Source of the DNA: Scyliorhinus canicula
Taxonomy: Eukaryota
Reading direction: 5' to 3'
Length of the DNA stretch: 64,000 bases
Assembly: GCF_902713615.1 (NCBI RefSeq)
Contig: NC_052151.1
Span: 75,984,375-76,048,374, forward strand
Position numbers and translations under genes: made by a program
The notes under the pieces: model-generated
Seen by the model: only the letters and a program-made list of their open reading frames with translations
The model's database searches: none
What the model was told of the DNA's origin: nothing
Shown: positions 50,701-63,292 of the stretch, piece by piece
Position numbering within the stretch: position 1 is the stretch's first letter
Layout of the letters: every line of letters starts with the position of its first letter

Positions 50701-52687
50701 TAGGGCTAATAACAGGAGTGACCAAATTCCACCACTATGTGTACGGTCTCCCCACTTTCATCGTGGAAACGGATCATAGGCCGCTGGTCAATATCATTGA
50801 CAAGGACCTCAATGATATGACGCCGCGCCTACAGCGCATGATGATGAAGTTGCGCAGGTACGACTTCACGCTGGTCTACACCCCTGGCAAGGACCTTGTG
50901 ATAGCTGACACGTTATCACGAGCCATGGACGCTGACAACCCGCCACTGGCGTCCATCAATGATGTGGAAGCTCATGCACAGTGGTGCAAGGAGACGCTCC
51001 CGGCAACGGACGAGAAGCTGCAGCAAATTCGTCAGGCGACACAGGAGGACGCCACCCTCCTTCAAGTCCTACACAACCTGCAGCATGGCTGGCCAAAGGG
51101 GCGGTGCCCACAGTTCCAGAATGTCAAGACTGAACTATCCGTGGTCGATGGCATTATACTGCGGAACGACAGGATCGTCATTCCAATGGCTCTCCGGGCG
51201 GACATCCTCCACAGGATTCACGAAGGGCACCTTGGTGCCGAAAAAATGCAAAAGGAGAGCGCGCCAATCTGTTTACTGGCCAGGGATTAACGAGGACATC
51301 ACCAACATGGTGCTCTCCTGTGACACGTGCCAAAGACATCGACCGGCACAATGCAAGGAGCCACTGCAGCAGCATGAGATGGCCACGTCACCATGGGACA
51401 AAGTGGGCATTGATTTGTTCCACTCCATGGGCCGCAACTATGTCCTGATCATTGACTACTTCTCCAACTTCCCGGAAGTCCTGCAACTCCCGGATCTCAC
51501 AGCAGCAGCCGTCATCAAGGCCTGCAAAGAAACTTTCTCCAGGCATGGCATCCCACGGACGGTCATGTCCGACAATGGTCCTTGTTTTGCCAGCTGGGAG
51601 TGGACGGACTTCGCCAAGATTTACAATTTCCAGCACATAACGTCGAGTCCCCACTTTCCGCAATCGAATGGCAGGGTGGAGAAAGGTGTCCACATAGTCA
51701 AGCAACTCATCAGCAAGGCTGCGGACTCAAAATCTGACGTACACTTGGCCCTCCTATCGTACCGTTCGTCACCTTTGAGCTCGGGACTGTCACCAGCTCA
51801 GATGCTTTTCAACAGGGATGTGCGGACAACTTTACCAGCGCTACACTTCACCAATCCTGATCACTCGCCTGTCCTGGATCAAATGCGTCAACAGCGCCAA
51901 GCGCAAAAGCAGCACTATGACAAGCAGGCCAAGGTACTGCCACCGTTGGCCATCGGCGACACAGTGAGGCTGCGAAACCCAGCTGGGGGTTGGTCCAAAA
52001 TGGCGGTGGTCCTCCGCCTAACATCGCCACGGTCCTACGTCGTGCAGTCGGATGATGGAACAATGGTTCGACGAAATCGGCGAGACCTTCTGAAGGTCAC
52101 ACCTCGTCCACGGGTCCTTCCGATACTCGATCTGCAGGACACACTGGATCCACAGGACACGGTCATACATCTTCCTGACACCCCAGCAGCAGATGTCCGC
52201 ACGGACACAAACGACCCTGGATCTCCAAGCCCACTCAGGAGGTCTACACGGATCAGACGTGCACCTGACCGTCTGAACCTGTGAACATGGACTGACAAAT
52301 GCATCGCCCTGCCCTGTTCTGTGTATATATATATATAAACCTAACTCTTTACCTTTGTGTTTTACTTTACAGCTCTGCAACTACGAAAAAAAAAAAAAAA
52401 AAAAAAAGTGAAGAAGGGGGATGTGGTGATCCTCGCCTGAGTCACCAGGGGGCAGCGCGGGGACACCCATAAAAGGAACGCCGAAGGCCCGCCTCCGCCA
52501 CTGGAAGCCGGAGGGGTTGGAGTGGCACGAGGTGCAAGAAACTGAAGGGTGCTAGTCTGTTTGGGGCCTAGTTGCAGAACATTGAAGAGCAGCCTTTTCT
52601 CAAGTATAATCTGTAATTTATTGTGGGACACAATAAATCATCCTTAACCTAAAGACGACTTCGAGCATTCTTTCAAGAAGCATAACA
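47708..52687 (+). mobile_element. Full-length young Ty3/Gypsy (Mag-like) LTR retrotransposon
   Basis: 266-bp LTRs at 47708-47973 and 52422-52687, identical by eye. TSD AGCAC. PBS TGGTACCAGGAGTGG (complement of the tRNA-Leu(UAA) 3' end). PPT gaagaaggggga at 52410-52421. Confidence 0.97.
48123..52284 (+). CDS. gag-pol: Gag-Pol polyprotein (two Zn knuckles, protease, RT, RNase H, integrase) with one +1 frameshift at 51241-51246
   Basis: CHYC/CRKC knuckles, LDTGA, YVDD (50121), TDAS/ETDH/IADTLSR, HEGH...CDTC, IDLF/SDNG/VEK. The two ORFs join if A6 is read as A5. Confidence 0.93.
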
Positions 52688-54068
52688 AGCACCTACTACA
52701 CATGGCACAGGGCAAGTTTGGGCAAGCCAGACCAAGGTTAGCAAGCTTAGATTGACAGAGTGTCGACTCACAGTGAACTGTGTAGATTACTCGGCAAGTT
52801 CAATAAAACAGTGTTGAACCATCTACAGCGTTGGTAGCCTGTTTTCAAGTGATACTGCATCAAGTTGCAGCCCGTGTTAATCCAACACAGAGAACACATC
52901 AGAATATAACATTCTACACTCTAAGCTTGCTACACTTCTATCCTCTAGCTGCAACACACACAAAGAGAGCGGGAGAACAGCTTGAGCTTGCTTATATACT
53001 CCCAGTTAGTGTTGCCCTCTCATGATCATTACTGCACATTAACCAATCATGTATTTACATATACAGAGATCACTACAGCTGGGAGATGAGAAAATCCTAG
53101 GTTGAAATGAAACCCATTTCCAATCCCCACTTTTGTAGGAATTCTGCCAAGACCAGCTTGCCACCAAGGGAAAACACAAGTTCAGTGTTACTAAAACGCA
53201 AACCCTAGGCTCGGCCCTGGTCCCCATTCCTTCCCTGGAGACCAGGATTGGGGCCTTTTCCCTCTCTCCAGCTCTCTTTTTAAACTGAAAAGGTTTGCAG
53301 GTTTTATTGGCTAGCTCTGCTGCCTGGCATTTTTAATGGCCCTTTTAAATTCTGAGAATAGTGTACAACAATGGCAGGAATTGCAGGCTGTTAAACAGCC
53401 TGAAAGGTTGCATGTGGCCTCTTCTTCCATTGTCATCATTAGCTGATAGGGTGGTTAATCCCCTATGCTTTTGCAACCTACACAATGAATTGGATGGCAA
53501 TTTGTACCCACTAAATGCCAAGCAAGAAGTTAGAGCCACAGCTTTGGCCATCACTCATGGGACTGTTTGGAACCAGACTTGAACATTGCACGTCCCAACC
53601 TTGAGGCAAGTCAGAGGCTGACTCTAATACAATGGATAGGAGACTTTTATTGACGACTGAGAGAGGCTAACAAATTGGTTATTGCTTCCTGTCTTTGGGG
53701 AAAACAACTGCCATTAACTCAATAAGTCAACACTTAACGTTTTAACTTGGGTGAGAATATATTATGCCTTGCGTAATGTTATTTAAAGTAACACTCAGAA
53801 TTATTTTGTGGAACAATGGTCAAAATTCCAAACGTTACTGTGTTTCAGAGGAGTGTAAGAGAAATTTTATTGAGAATTGATGCTTTTTCATTGTAAACTG
53901 CGTCTTCTTTGCGTCTGAAATATGTTATTTGTGATACTTATACCTCATACTTCAGCTCCATGCCGGTATTTCGTGACCATGGACTTATAGTTTACAGTGG
54001 AAAACTAAAGAATTCTCTTAATCATCTGCTGTAACTTTGGCAGATAATCTGTGACCTGCACACGCAGT

Positions 54069-56060
54069 GGGCGGAATTTGCTGATATTTTGGCAAACGTC
54101 AAGTCAGTTGGGAAAACTGGGGTGTTGCCCATGGGCAGCAGTTACGGTTTTTCCCATTGTATCTTTAACCACTTAGACAGGGGTACATTTTTCTCGGGAT
54201 TGACGCCACCTCGGTGACGGACTGAATCTGATTCACTCAGCCCACCTTCAGGCTGGGTGCTCCAATTATTGGGGATCTCCACTTAAACATCTCCCAGCAC
54301 CTGTTCCAAGTCCGAAGCAGAGAATGGCTGCCAGGAAGGATGTGCCAAAGTTTTCAGACTGAGACGTGACCAGAATGTTGGACGTGATGGAGGCAAGTGT
54401 CTGGATCTTTTATTCTCTGGCAGGGAGGAGACCCTCCAGCAAGGTTACCAACCCTGCATGGGTAGCAGTGGCAGCGCTGGGTTAGCGCCCACTCCCCATA
54501 CAGGAGGCCTGGAGTAAAGTGCAGGAGAGAATGAATAACATCCTTCGTTCAGCCAGGGTGAACCACTATTCTCATCAATGTCTGCTCACCCACTCACGCA
54601 TGCACACCTGCCTCACGGACTGCTTACACCCCCCCCCCCCCCCCCCCCATCTGTACCCTTGCAGGACCGGCTCCCCCACAATTGCTGTGTGAGAGCAAAG
54701 ATGGGCAGATGAATGGTCGTGTTAAGCTGCTCTGCTTTCTGCGGGGGGACGCGGGGGGGGGGGGGGGGGGTGCAGGACTGCTCCTGTGCTGAGGGGAGGT
54801 GGGAGCAAGAATTAAAACTGAGGACCCAGGACCTGATCGTCCATCTAACGAAACTCACGTGAGTTCTATCTCTTATATCCTTATACCGCATCCATGCACA
54901 CATCCCTCTTCGTTTGAAGGCAAGGGAGCAGCCACCTTCAGGCAGGGCGGAAGGGAGCAACCCGGACAGCAGCTCCGAGGAATTCTCAAAAGTGCACAGC
55001 TTTCGGCCGCACCCTCCACCAGCGCTGAGACACACACACCTCAGTGGCGCTTAGTAGTAGAGGGGCTTCAGGGTTGCAAACCCATGAGCACCTCACTTTA
55101 TCTGATCCACAGCAGGTGGAGGCAGGTACGTCCCAGAGGTCCTGCATTCAGAGGACTGCTGGACACCAGGACTCTATTGAGCTCCAGTCAGGTGACGTCC
55201 TTCTGGGGTCAGCCAGTTGCTGGAGTTCCAAAAGCAGCAGAACATCAGGAAGGGAGATCCACATCACTCCTCAGATTACAAGGCTGACTGGATGAGTCCC
55301 AATGCCGGACTTCTGCCCTGCGCTGATGCAGGGCCAGATTACAACGGGGCTTCTGCACCTCACTCCTCTGTATCCCAAGGTGGAAGCCAGGGGCCCTCGG
55401 GCACCTTTCATAGAATTTACAGTGAAGGAGGCCATTTGGCCAATTGAGTCTGCATTGGCCCTTGTAATGAGAACCCTACTCAGGCCCATGCCTACACCCT
55501 ATCCCCGTAACCCAGTAACCCCACATACCCTTTTTGGACACTAAGGGCAATTTAGCATGGCCAATCCACCTAACTTGCAAATCTTTGGACTGTGGGAGGA
55601 AACCGGAGCACCAGGAGGAAACCCACGCACACACGGGGAGAACGTGCAGACTCCGCACAGACAGTGACCCAAGCCGGGAATCGAACCTGGGATCCTGGTG
55701 CTGTGAAGCATCTGTACTAACCACTATGCTACCTTAGGGAGGAGGACAGGCTAGTCCATTGCCTGGGGCCTTCCAACCGGTAGGATCTAGGAGTGCATGA
55801 TCCACCTGACTCCCTCCCTTCAACTCCAACTTTGCACACCGAGGAAGGTGACGCTGCCACACCACAGCACCCCTAAAGCATGTTGAGGCCTTCTAGGCCT
55901 CAGCACTAGACCGCCCACCAAAGTCATCACACAAAACCGGTTGCTGTAGACAGAAGGCTGCCTTCACCTCTGCTGTGAATCCTGGGCAGACACCGAGACA
56001 TAGAGGTGGGTTTAGGAAGGTGAAGTAACTTTAGTTACACCGAATGGGCACTGGTGATGT
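54069..56060 (+). mobile_element. Harbinger copy D, decayed accessory gene with left TIR-like end
   Basis: gggcggaattt at 54069. Myb exon from ATG 54324 (MAARKDVPKFSD*DV...AWVAVA...KCR); C-terminal QKAAFTSAVNPGQTPRH at ~55951. Confidence 0.65.
55409..55733 (-). mobile_element. V-SINE with CR1 tail
   Basis: Near reverse complement of 37843-38195. Confidence 0.9.
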
Positions 56061-56137
56061 TCAGCAAGTGTAGATAGCGAGCACTTGTGTAAGGATTAAA
56101 CCACCTTTGTCACTGTATTAATCCTCAGTTTTTGCAT

Positions 56138-56402
56138 CGTTCGTGAGGACCACGAAGAATCCAGCATGAGTTTGTAGAATCAAAAAGAATTAACTTTATT
56201 TACAATTGCATATATACAGCAGCAGTACTCCCTTACTGCTCACTCCTCTCTCCTGTTTCCACACTGGCCATCTCTATTTATGCAGGTGACTCTGCTACTG
56301 ATTTCTCCACCCCCACATTTGGGAAGCTTATACTCACTGAGGATTGTGGGATTGCCATTAGTCCCCAGTCCCCAGCCAGTAGCAAAGAGACAGGTTATAA
56401 CA
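56138..56402 (-). mobile_element. Solo LTR
   Basis: Termini (c/t)gtt...aaca, 4-bp TSD GCAT, AATAAA on the minus strand (~56195). Confidence 0.6.
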
Positions 56403-56706
56403 GCATCCTATTTATGCCTGCCTACTGTCATTAGATCTGTCCCTGGATGCACTGCCTGAGCTCCCTGGCCCACTTACCTCTAAACTTCCCTTCGGAGGCT
56501 ACGCGATAAAAGACTCAAAATCTATCAACTGGATCTGGTTAAGCAACAGTATTGGAGTTGGTTTCCAAGTTAGGGTGTGGGCACCAATAAACAGCAGCCA
56601 GGTTCCTGTTGTAAAACTCTCTGGCTTGACTTTGCGATGCTGGGCGGCAGATTGTCGACATCAGGGTACAGCGGTACGGCCTGTTCATGATATAATAATG
56701 AATTCA

Positions 56707-56935
56707 GGGCAGCACATGGTGCAGTGGGTTAGCCCTGCTGCCTCACGACGCCGAGGTCCCAGGTTCGACCCTGCCTCTGGGTCACTGTCCGTATGGAGTT
56801 TGCACATTCTCCCCGTGTTTGCATGGATTTCGTCCCCACAAGCCAAAGATATGCATGGTAGATGGATTGGCCATGCTAACTTGCCCTTTAATTGGAAAAA
56901 AATAATAATTGGGTACGCTAAATTTATTTAAAATA
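56707..56935 (+). mobile_element. Short-tail V-SINE with 13-bp TSD
   Basis: TSD AATAATGAATTCA at 56694-56706 and 56936-56948. Confidence 0.85.
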
Positions 56936-57343
56936 AATAATGAATTCAAACGGGTTCTCCCCCCCCCCCCCCCCCCCCACCTTTCTCAGCGGAACTGTAT
57001 CGCACCAATGTAGGGGACTGCGGACATTCGCTGTAGGAAATTTTGCCATCATAAATCCCCTTTTTTTTTGCTGCCGTGATATTTTCTTCCGACTCCATTG
57101 CCGCCCATTGCAACAACAGTGCAAATTCAGCCTATAGGTCCAGAATTTTCTTTGAGTGGAGCATCTCATGGCATATCCTGTTGGTTAGACTTTGTTACTT
57201 CAACCTTCAAGTCAAAATAAATTTTTCCCACAAAGTTTCTGGAAGATTACGTAAGAACATAAGAACTAGGAGCAGGAGTAGGCCATCTGGCCCCTCGAGC
57301 CTGCTCCGCCATTCAATTAGATCATGGCTGATCTTTTGTGGAC

Positions 57344-60300
57344 TCAGCTCCACTTTCCGGCCCGAACACCATAACCCTTAATCCCTTTATTCTTCAAAAA
57401 ACTATCTATCTTTACCTTAAAAACATGTAATGAAGGAACCTCAACTGCTTCACTGGGCAAGGAATTCCATAGATTCACAACCCTTTGGGTGAAGAAGTTC
57501 CTCCTAAACTCAGTCCTACATCTACTTTCCCTTATTTTGAAGCTATGTCCCCTAGTTCTGCTGTCACCCGCCAGTGGAAACAACCTGCCCGCATCTATCC
57601 TATCTATTCCCTTCATAATTTTAAATGTTTCTATAAGATCCCCCCTCATCCTTCTAAATTCCAACGAGTACAGTCCCAGTCTACTCAACCTCTCCTCATA
57701 ATCCAACCCCTTCAGCTCTGGGATTAACCTAGTGAATCTCCTCTGCACACCCTCCAGCGCCAGTACGTCCTTTCTCAAGTAAGGAGACCAAAACTGAACA
57801 CAATACTCCAGGTGTGGCCGCACTAACACCTTATACAATTGCAACATAACCTCCCTAGTCTTAAACTCCATCCCTCTAGCAATGAAGGACAAAATTCCAT
57901 TTGCCTTCTTAATCACCTGTTGCACTTGTAAACCAACCTTCTGTGACTCATGCACTAGCACACCCAAGTCTCTCTGAACAGCGGCATGCTTTAATATTTT
58001 ATTGTTTAAATAATAATCCCGTTTGCTGTTATTCCTACCAAAATGGATAACCTCACATTTGTCAACATTGTATTCCATCTGCCAGACCCTAGCCCATTCA
58101 CTTAACCTATCCAAATCCCTCTGCAGACTTCCAGTATCCTATGCACTTTTCGCTTTACCACTCATCTTAGTGTCATCTGCAAACTTGGACACATTGCCCT
58201 TGGTCCCCAACTCCAAATCATCTATTTAAATTGTGAACAATTGTGGGCCCAACACGGATCCCTGAGGGACACCACTAGCTACTGATTGCCAACCAGAGAA
58301 ACACCCATTTATCCCAACTCTTTGCTTTCTATTATTTAACCAATCCTCTATCCATGCTACTACTTTACCCTTAATGCCATGCATCTTTATCTTATGCAGC
58401 AACCTTTTGTGTGGCACCTTGTCAAAGGCTTTCTGGAAATCCAGATATACCACATCCATCGGCTCCCCGTTATCTACCGCACTGGTAATGTCCTCAAAAA
58501 ATTCCACTAAATTAGTTAGGCATGACCTGCCCTTTACGAACCCATGCTGCGTCTGCCCAATCGGACAATTTCTATCCAGATGCCTCGCAATTTCTTCCTT
58601 GATGATAGATTCCAGCATCTTCCCTACTACCGAAGTTAAGCTCACTGGCCTATAATTTCCTGCTTTCTGCCTACCTCCTTTTTTAAACAGTGGTGTCACG
58701 TTTGCTAATTTCCAATCCACCGGGACCACCCCAGAGTCTAGTGAATTTCGGTAAATTATCACTAGTGCATCTGCAATTTCCCTAGCCATCTCTTTTAGCA
58801 CTCTGGGATGCATTCCATCAGGGCCAGGAGACTTGTCTACCTTTAGCCCCATTAGCTTGCCCATCACTCCCTCCTTAGTGATAACAATCCTCTCAAGGTC
58901 CTCACCTGTCATAGCCTCGTTTCTATCAGTCGCTGGCATGTTATTTGTGTCTTCCACTGTGAAGACCGACCCAAAAAACCTGTTCAGTTCCTCAGCCATT
59001 TCCTCATTTCCCATTATTAAAACTCCCTTCCCATCCTCTAAAGGACCAATATTTACCTTAGCCACTCTTTTTGTCTTATATATTTGTAAAAACTTTTACT
59101 GTCTGTTTTTATATTCTGAGCACGTTTACTCTCATACTCTATATCACTCTTTATAGCTTTTTTTAGTAGCTTTCTGTTGCCCCCTAAAGATTTCCCAGTC
59201 CTCTAATCTCCCAGCAATCTTTGCCACTTTATATGCTTTTTCCTTCAATTTGATACTCTCCCTTATTTCCTTAGATATCCACGGTCGATTTTCCCTCTTT
59301 CTTCCGTCCTTCCTTTTTGTTGGTATAAACCTTTGCTGAGCACTGTGAAAAATCGCTTGGAAGGTTCTCCACTGTTCCTCAACTGTTCCACCATAAAGTC
59401 TTAGCTCCCAGTCTACCTTAGCTAGTTCTTCTCTCATCCCCTTGTAATCTCCTTTGTTTAAACACAAAACACTAGTATTTGATTTTACTTTCTCACCCTC
59501 CATCTGTATTTTAAATTCCACCATATTGTGATCGCTCCTTCCGAGAGGATCCCTAACTATGAGATCATGAATCAATCCTGTCTCATTACACAGGACAAGA
59601 TCTAGGACTGCTTGTTCCCTCGTAGGTTCCATTACATACTGTTCTAGGAAACTATCGCGGATACATTCTATAAACTCCTCCTCAAGGTTGCCTTGACCGA
59701 CCTGGTTAAACCAATCGACATGTAGATTAAAATCCCCCATGATAACTGCTGTACCATTTCTACATGCATCAGTTATTTCTTTGTTTATTGCCTGCCCCAC
59801 CATAATGTTACTATTTGGTGGCCGATAGACTACTCCTATCAGTGACTTTTTCGCTTTACTATTCCTGATTTCCACCCAAATGGATTCAACCTTATCCTCC
59901 ATAGCACCTATGTCATCCCTTACTATGGCCCGGATGTCATCCTTAAATAACAGAGCAACACCACCTCCCTTACCATCCACTCTGTCCTTCCGAATAGTTT
60001 GATACCCTCGGATATTTAACTCCCAGTCGTGACCATCCTTTAACCATGTTTCAGTAATGGCCACTAAATCATAGTCATTTACGATGATTTGTGCCATCAA
60101 CTCATTTACTTTATTCCGAATACTACGAGCATTCAGGTAAAGTACACTTATGTTGGTTTTTTTACCTCTGTTCTGAATCTTAACATCTCCAGTTTTATTC
60201 CTTTTGTTATTACTGGGCCTATTCACTGAGCTCCCCTCAGTCACTGTACCTTGTACTGTCGCCCTTTTAGATTTTTGACTATGTCTTCTCTGCCTTGCAC

Positions 60301-60382
60301 TTTTCCCCTTACTTCCTTTTGCTTCTGTCCCTGTTTTACTACCTTCCAACTTCCTGCATCGGTTCCCATCCCCCTGCCACAT
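57344..60382 (-). pseudogene. CR1 ORF2 (AP endonuclease + reverse transcriptase), three lesions
   Basis: YLNARS, ITETW, GDFN, SDH; YRPVSL, LDFQKAFD, PQGS, FADD. Frameshift in the T7 run at 59158-59164; in-frame stops at 58226-58228 and 58139-58141. Confidence 0.93.
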
Positions 60383-60386
60383 TAGT

Positions 60387-61328
60387 TTAAACCCTCCCCA
60401 ACAGCTCTAGAATACACCCCCCCAGGACATCGGTTCCAGTCCTGCCCAGGTGCAGACCGTCCGGTTTGTACTGGTCCCACCTCCCCCAGAACCGGTCCCA
60501 ATGCCCCAGGAATTTGAATCCCTCCCTCTTGCACCATCTCTCGAGCCACGCATTCATCCTATCTAACCTGACATTCCTACTCTGACTAGCTCGTGGCACT
60601 GGTAGCAATCCTGGGATTACTACCTTTGAGGTCCTACTTTTTAGTTTAACTCCTAACTCCCTGAATTCCGCTTGTAGGACCTCATCCTGTTTTTTACCTA
60701 TATCGTTGGTGCCTATGTGCACCACGACAGCTAGCTGTTCACCCTCCCCCCCCAGAATGTCCTGCAGCCGCTCCGAGACATCCTTGACCCTTGCACCAGG
60801 GAGGCAACATACCATCCTGGAGTCTCGATTGCGTCCACAGAACTGCCTGTCTATTCCCCTTACGATTGAGTCCCCTATCACTATAGCCCTGCCATTTTTC
60901 TTCTTGCCCTGCTGTGCAGCAGAGCCAGCCACGGTGCCATGAACCTGGCTGCTGCTGCCTTCCCCTGGTGAGCCATCTCCCTCAACAGTATCCAAAGCGG
61001 TATATCTGTTTTGCAGGGAGATGACCGCAGGGGACACCTGCACTGCCTTCCTACTCTTGCTCTTTCTTTTGGTCACCCATTTTCTATCTCCCTCATTAAT
61101 TTTCACCTGCGGTGTGACCAACTCGCTAAACGTGCTATCCACGACCTCCTCAGCATCGCGGATGCTCCAAAGTGAGTCCATCCGCAGCTCCAGAGCCGTC
61201 AAGCGGTCTAACAAGAGCTGCAACTGAACACACTTCTTGCACGTGAAGGAGCCAGGGACAGTAGACGTGTCCCTGAGCTCCCACATCGCACACGAGGAGC
61301 ATGACACGGGTCTGGGATCTCCTGCCAT
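60387..61328 (-). CDS. CR1 ORF1: CxxC/CxxC zinc finger-leucine zipper plus SGNH esterase
   Basis: CSSC...CKKC, heptad leucines, GDS, GTND and DGLH motifs intact. Confidence 0.92.
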   Translation of the reverse strand: MAGDPRPVSCSSCAMWELRDTSTVPGSFTCKKCVQLQLLLDRLTALELRMDSLWSIRDAEEVVDSTFSELVTPQVKINEGDRKWVTKRKSKSRKAVQVSPAVISLQNRYTALDTVEGDGSPGEGSSSQVHGTVAGSAAQQGKKKNGRAIVIGDSIVRGIDRQFCGRNRDSRMVCCLPGARVKDVSERLQDILGGEGEQLAVVVHIGTNDIGKKQDEVLQAEFRELGVKLKSRTSKVVIPGLLPVPRASQSRNVRLDRMNAWLERWCKREGFKFLGHWDRFWGRWDQYKPDGLHLGRTGTDVLGGCILELLGRV

Positions 61329-61541
61329 GTCTTAACCTTAGGTAAACTTATACAACTAGAATTTCAAAATAAAAATAAATAAATTAGACAATGAAAAGAA
61401 AAAGAGAGACTACTTACCAGTCACTTACCAGGGTAAAAAAGCACCTCCTTACACTCTGCACCAAATTACCTCACTGCACCAAATTACCAAGTTTCAATCC
61501 CCCACTCTGGATGAGTCTCCTGGAAAAGTGCTAGCTTACTG

Positions 61542-61871
61542 GGGTCACGGTAGCATGGTGGTTAGCATCAATGCTTCACAGCTCCAGGGTCCCAGGTTCG
61601 ATTCCCGGCTGGGTCACTGTCTGTGTGGAGTCTGCACGTCTTCCCCGTGTGTGCGTGGGTTTCCTCCGGGTGCTCCGGTTTCCTCCCACAGTCCAAAGAT
61701 GTGCGGGTTAGGTGGATTGGTCATGCTAAATTGCCCGTAGTGTAAGGTTAATGGGGGGATTGTTGGGTTAAGGGTATACGGGTTACGTGGGTTTAAGTAG
61801 GGTGATCATTGCTCGGCACAACATCGAGGGCCGAAGGGCCTGTTCTGTGCTGTACTGTTCTATGTTCTATG
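61542..61871 (+). mobile_element. V-SINE with CR1 tail inserted in the CR1 5' UTR
   Basis: TSD TACTG (61537-61541, 61872-61876); (TGTTCTA)2 tail. Confidence 0.9.
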
Positions 61872-62219
61872 TACTGTGTGCGCTGTCTGTCTGTCTTTTA
61901 TACAGACCTCAGCTAACCGATGACTCAAAAAATACCTTAACTTCAAAGAGAAGAATACAATGTGCCCCTAAACAGGCCTCAGGTGATTGACAGATAACTG
62001 CCTCTCAGCAATTAGGGTGGGGGCAGCTTCAACCAATCAGACACTAAGCTCCACACTGCACTTTTAACTGAAAAACAGCAGAATTAGATTTTCCACTTAC
62101 CTTTGCTGATTTACCTCACTGCACCAAATTACCAAGTTTCAATCCCCCACTCTGGATGAGTCTCACTCCGGATGTGTCTCCTGGAAAAGTGCTAGCTTGC
62201 AAAAGATTTCTGATTCAGC

Positions 62220-62347
62220 ACGCCGGTGGGATGCTCCACTTCGCCGGCCGGTCAATGGGGTTTCCCATTGTGGGGCAGCCCCACGCCGTCAGGAAACCCC
62301 CGGGCTGCCGGCAAAATAGAGCATCCCGATGGCGGAGAATCCAGCCC
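62220..62347. mobile_element. Harbinger MITE right end
   Basis: Ends ggagaatccagccc (TIR GGGCTGGATTCTCC). Confidence 0.65.
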
Positions 62348-62364
62348 TGGACATCTGGAAAGTT

Positions 62365-62470
62365 AATGAACAATGAAAATTGCTTATTGTCATGAGTAGG
62401 CTTCAAATTAAGTTACTGTGAAAAGCCCCTAGTCGCCACATTCCGGCACCTGTTCAGGGAGGCTGGTATG
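62365..62470 (-). mobile_element. Truncated SINE with Rex1-like tail
   Basis: Collinear with 20012-20125. Confidence 0.75.
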
Positions 62471-62919
62471 GGACAATGAGCCAAACATGAGATTAACTAA
62501 TGAGCTTTAAGATTGAAAAATTAAATTAGGCAGTATTGAGAGGGAGGATAAACTGGAGTGGGGGAATTCAAAATCAAATCAGATACAGAAAGAGAAATAA
62601 AGGCTGGGAAAGATAGATTAGATTAAGAGAGAATGAAGAAAGATAAATTCTCCAACAATAATTTGCTACCTATAACAATGAGACTCCACACTCTAATTGA
62701 CTGCTGACTATTTGAACAAAAGAGGTTAATTGGCAGTCATTCCATTACCACAATGATAAAAGGATGCATATACTATTAATTGCTAGACTTAGCTTTCAGG
62801 CGCAAGTTTAATGCACAATTAATGTGCAAACACAACAATTTCATGAAAATCACAGGGTGGTTAAGGGCAAGAACCATTTTCACGAATGACACAGTTGGGC
62901 AAATCAGCCAGCAAATTGT

Positions 62920-63292
62920 TGTCATAATATACACCCGTATCATGGTGTAGACACACACTGATGGACACACACAGGGACCAATCAACATGTACAAACACCG
63001 CAGCCAATCACCAGTTAGAACACACACTATAAAGGCAGTGGGCATCATGGTTCCCGCTCATTCTGGGTGCTGCCTCTCAGTGTAACAAGAACTCATCCAG
63101 CCCAGCACAGACTCACACCACGTACTGAATCAACTGGTTCGGACAAGGCTTAGGTCTCTAGTTTAAGTTAGCATCATTTAGACCCGCAGTCATCGTGTGT
63201 TAGTTAGAAGTTAGTTAATAAAATTGAGTTGAACCTTCATCAGTGTTGGTAGTGTCTGTTCATCTTTCAAGTCTACACTAGCCAACACTTCA
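62920..63292 (+). mobile_element. Solo LTR (same family as 47504)
   Basis: TGTCATAATATACAC start, CCAAT boxes, TATAAA, AATAAA, ...CTTCA end; TSD not clean. Confidence 0.8.

Larger units (their letters stand above)
47504..52901 (+). mobile_element. Middle solo LTR (segments 47504-47707 and 52693-52901), related to 62920-63292
   Basis: TGTCATAATATACAC...CATCA termini; TSD GAATA at 47499-47503 and 52902-52906. Confidence 0.85.
47341..53077 (-). mobile_element. Outer solo LTR (segments ~47341-47503 and 52907-53077)
   Basis: Minus strand starts TGTAGTG at 53077, with TATATAA and later AATAAA (~47407). Left end and TSD uncertain. Confidence 0.55.
57252..62198 (-). mobile_element. Near full-length CR1 LINE
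   Basis: (TTCTTATG)n tail at 57252; ORF1, ORF2 and a repeat-containing 5' UTR. Confidence 0.95.

Noticed and set aside
51241-51246. Programmed ribosomal frameshift
   Set aside because: Falls inside the integrase zinc finger rather than at the gag/pol boundary; a homopolymer indel is simpler.
52386-52407. A22 tract as a retrocopy tail
   Set aside because: Lies directly before the PPT inside the element, with no TSD.
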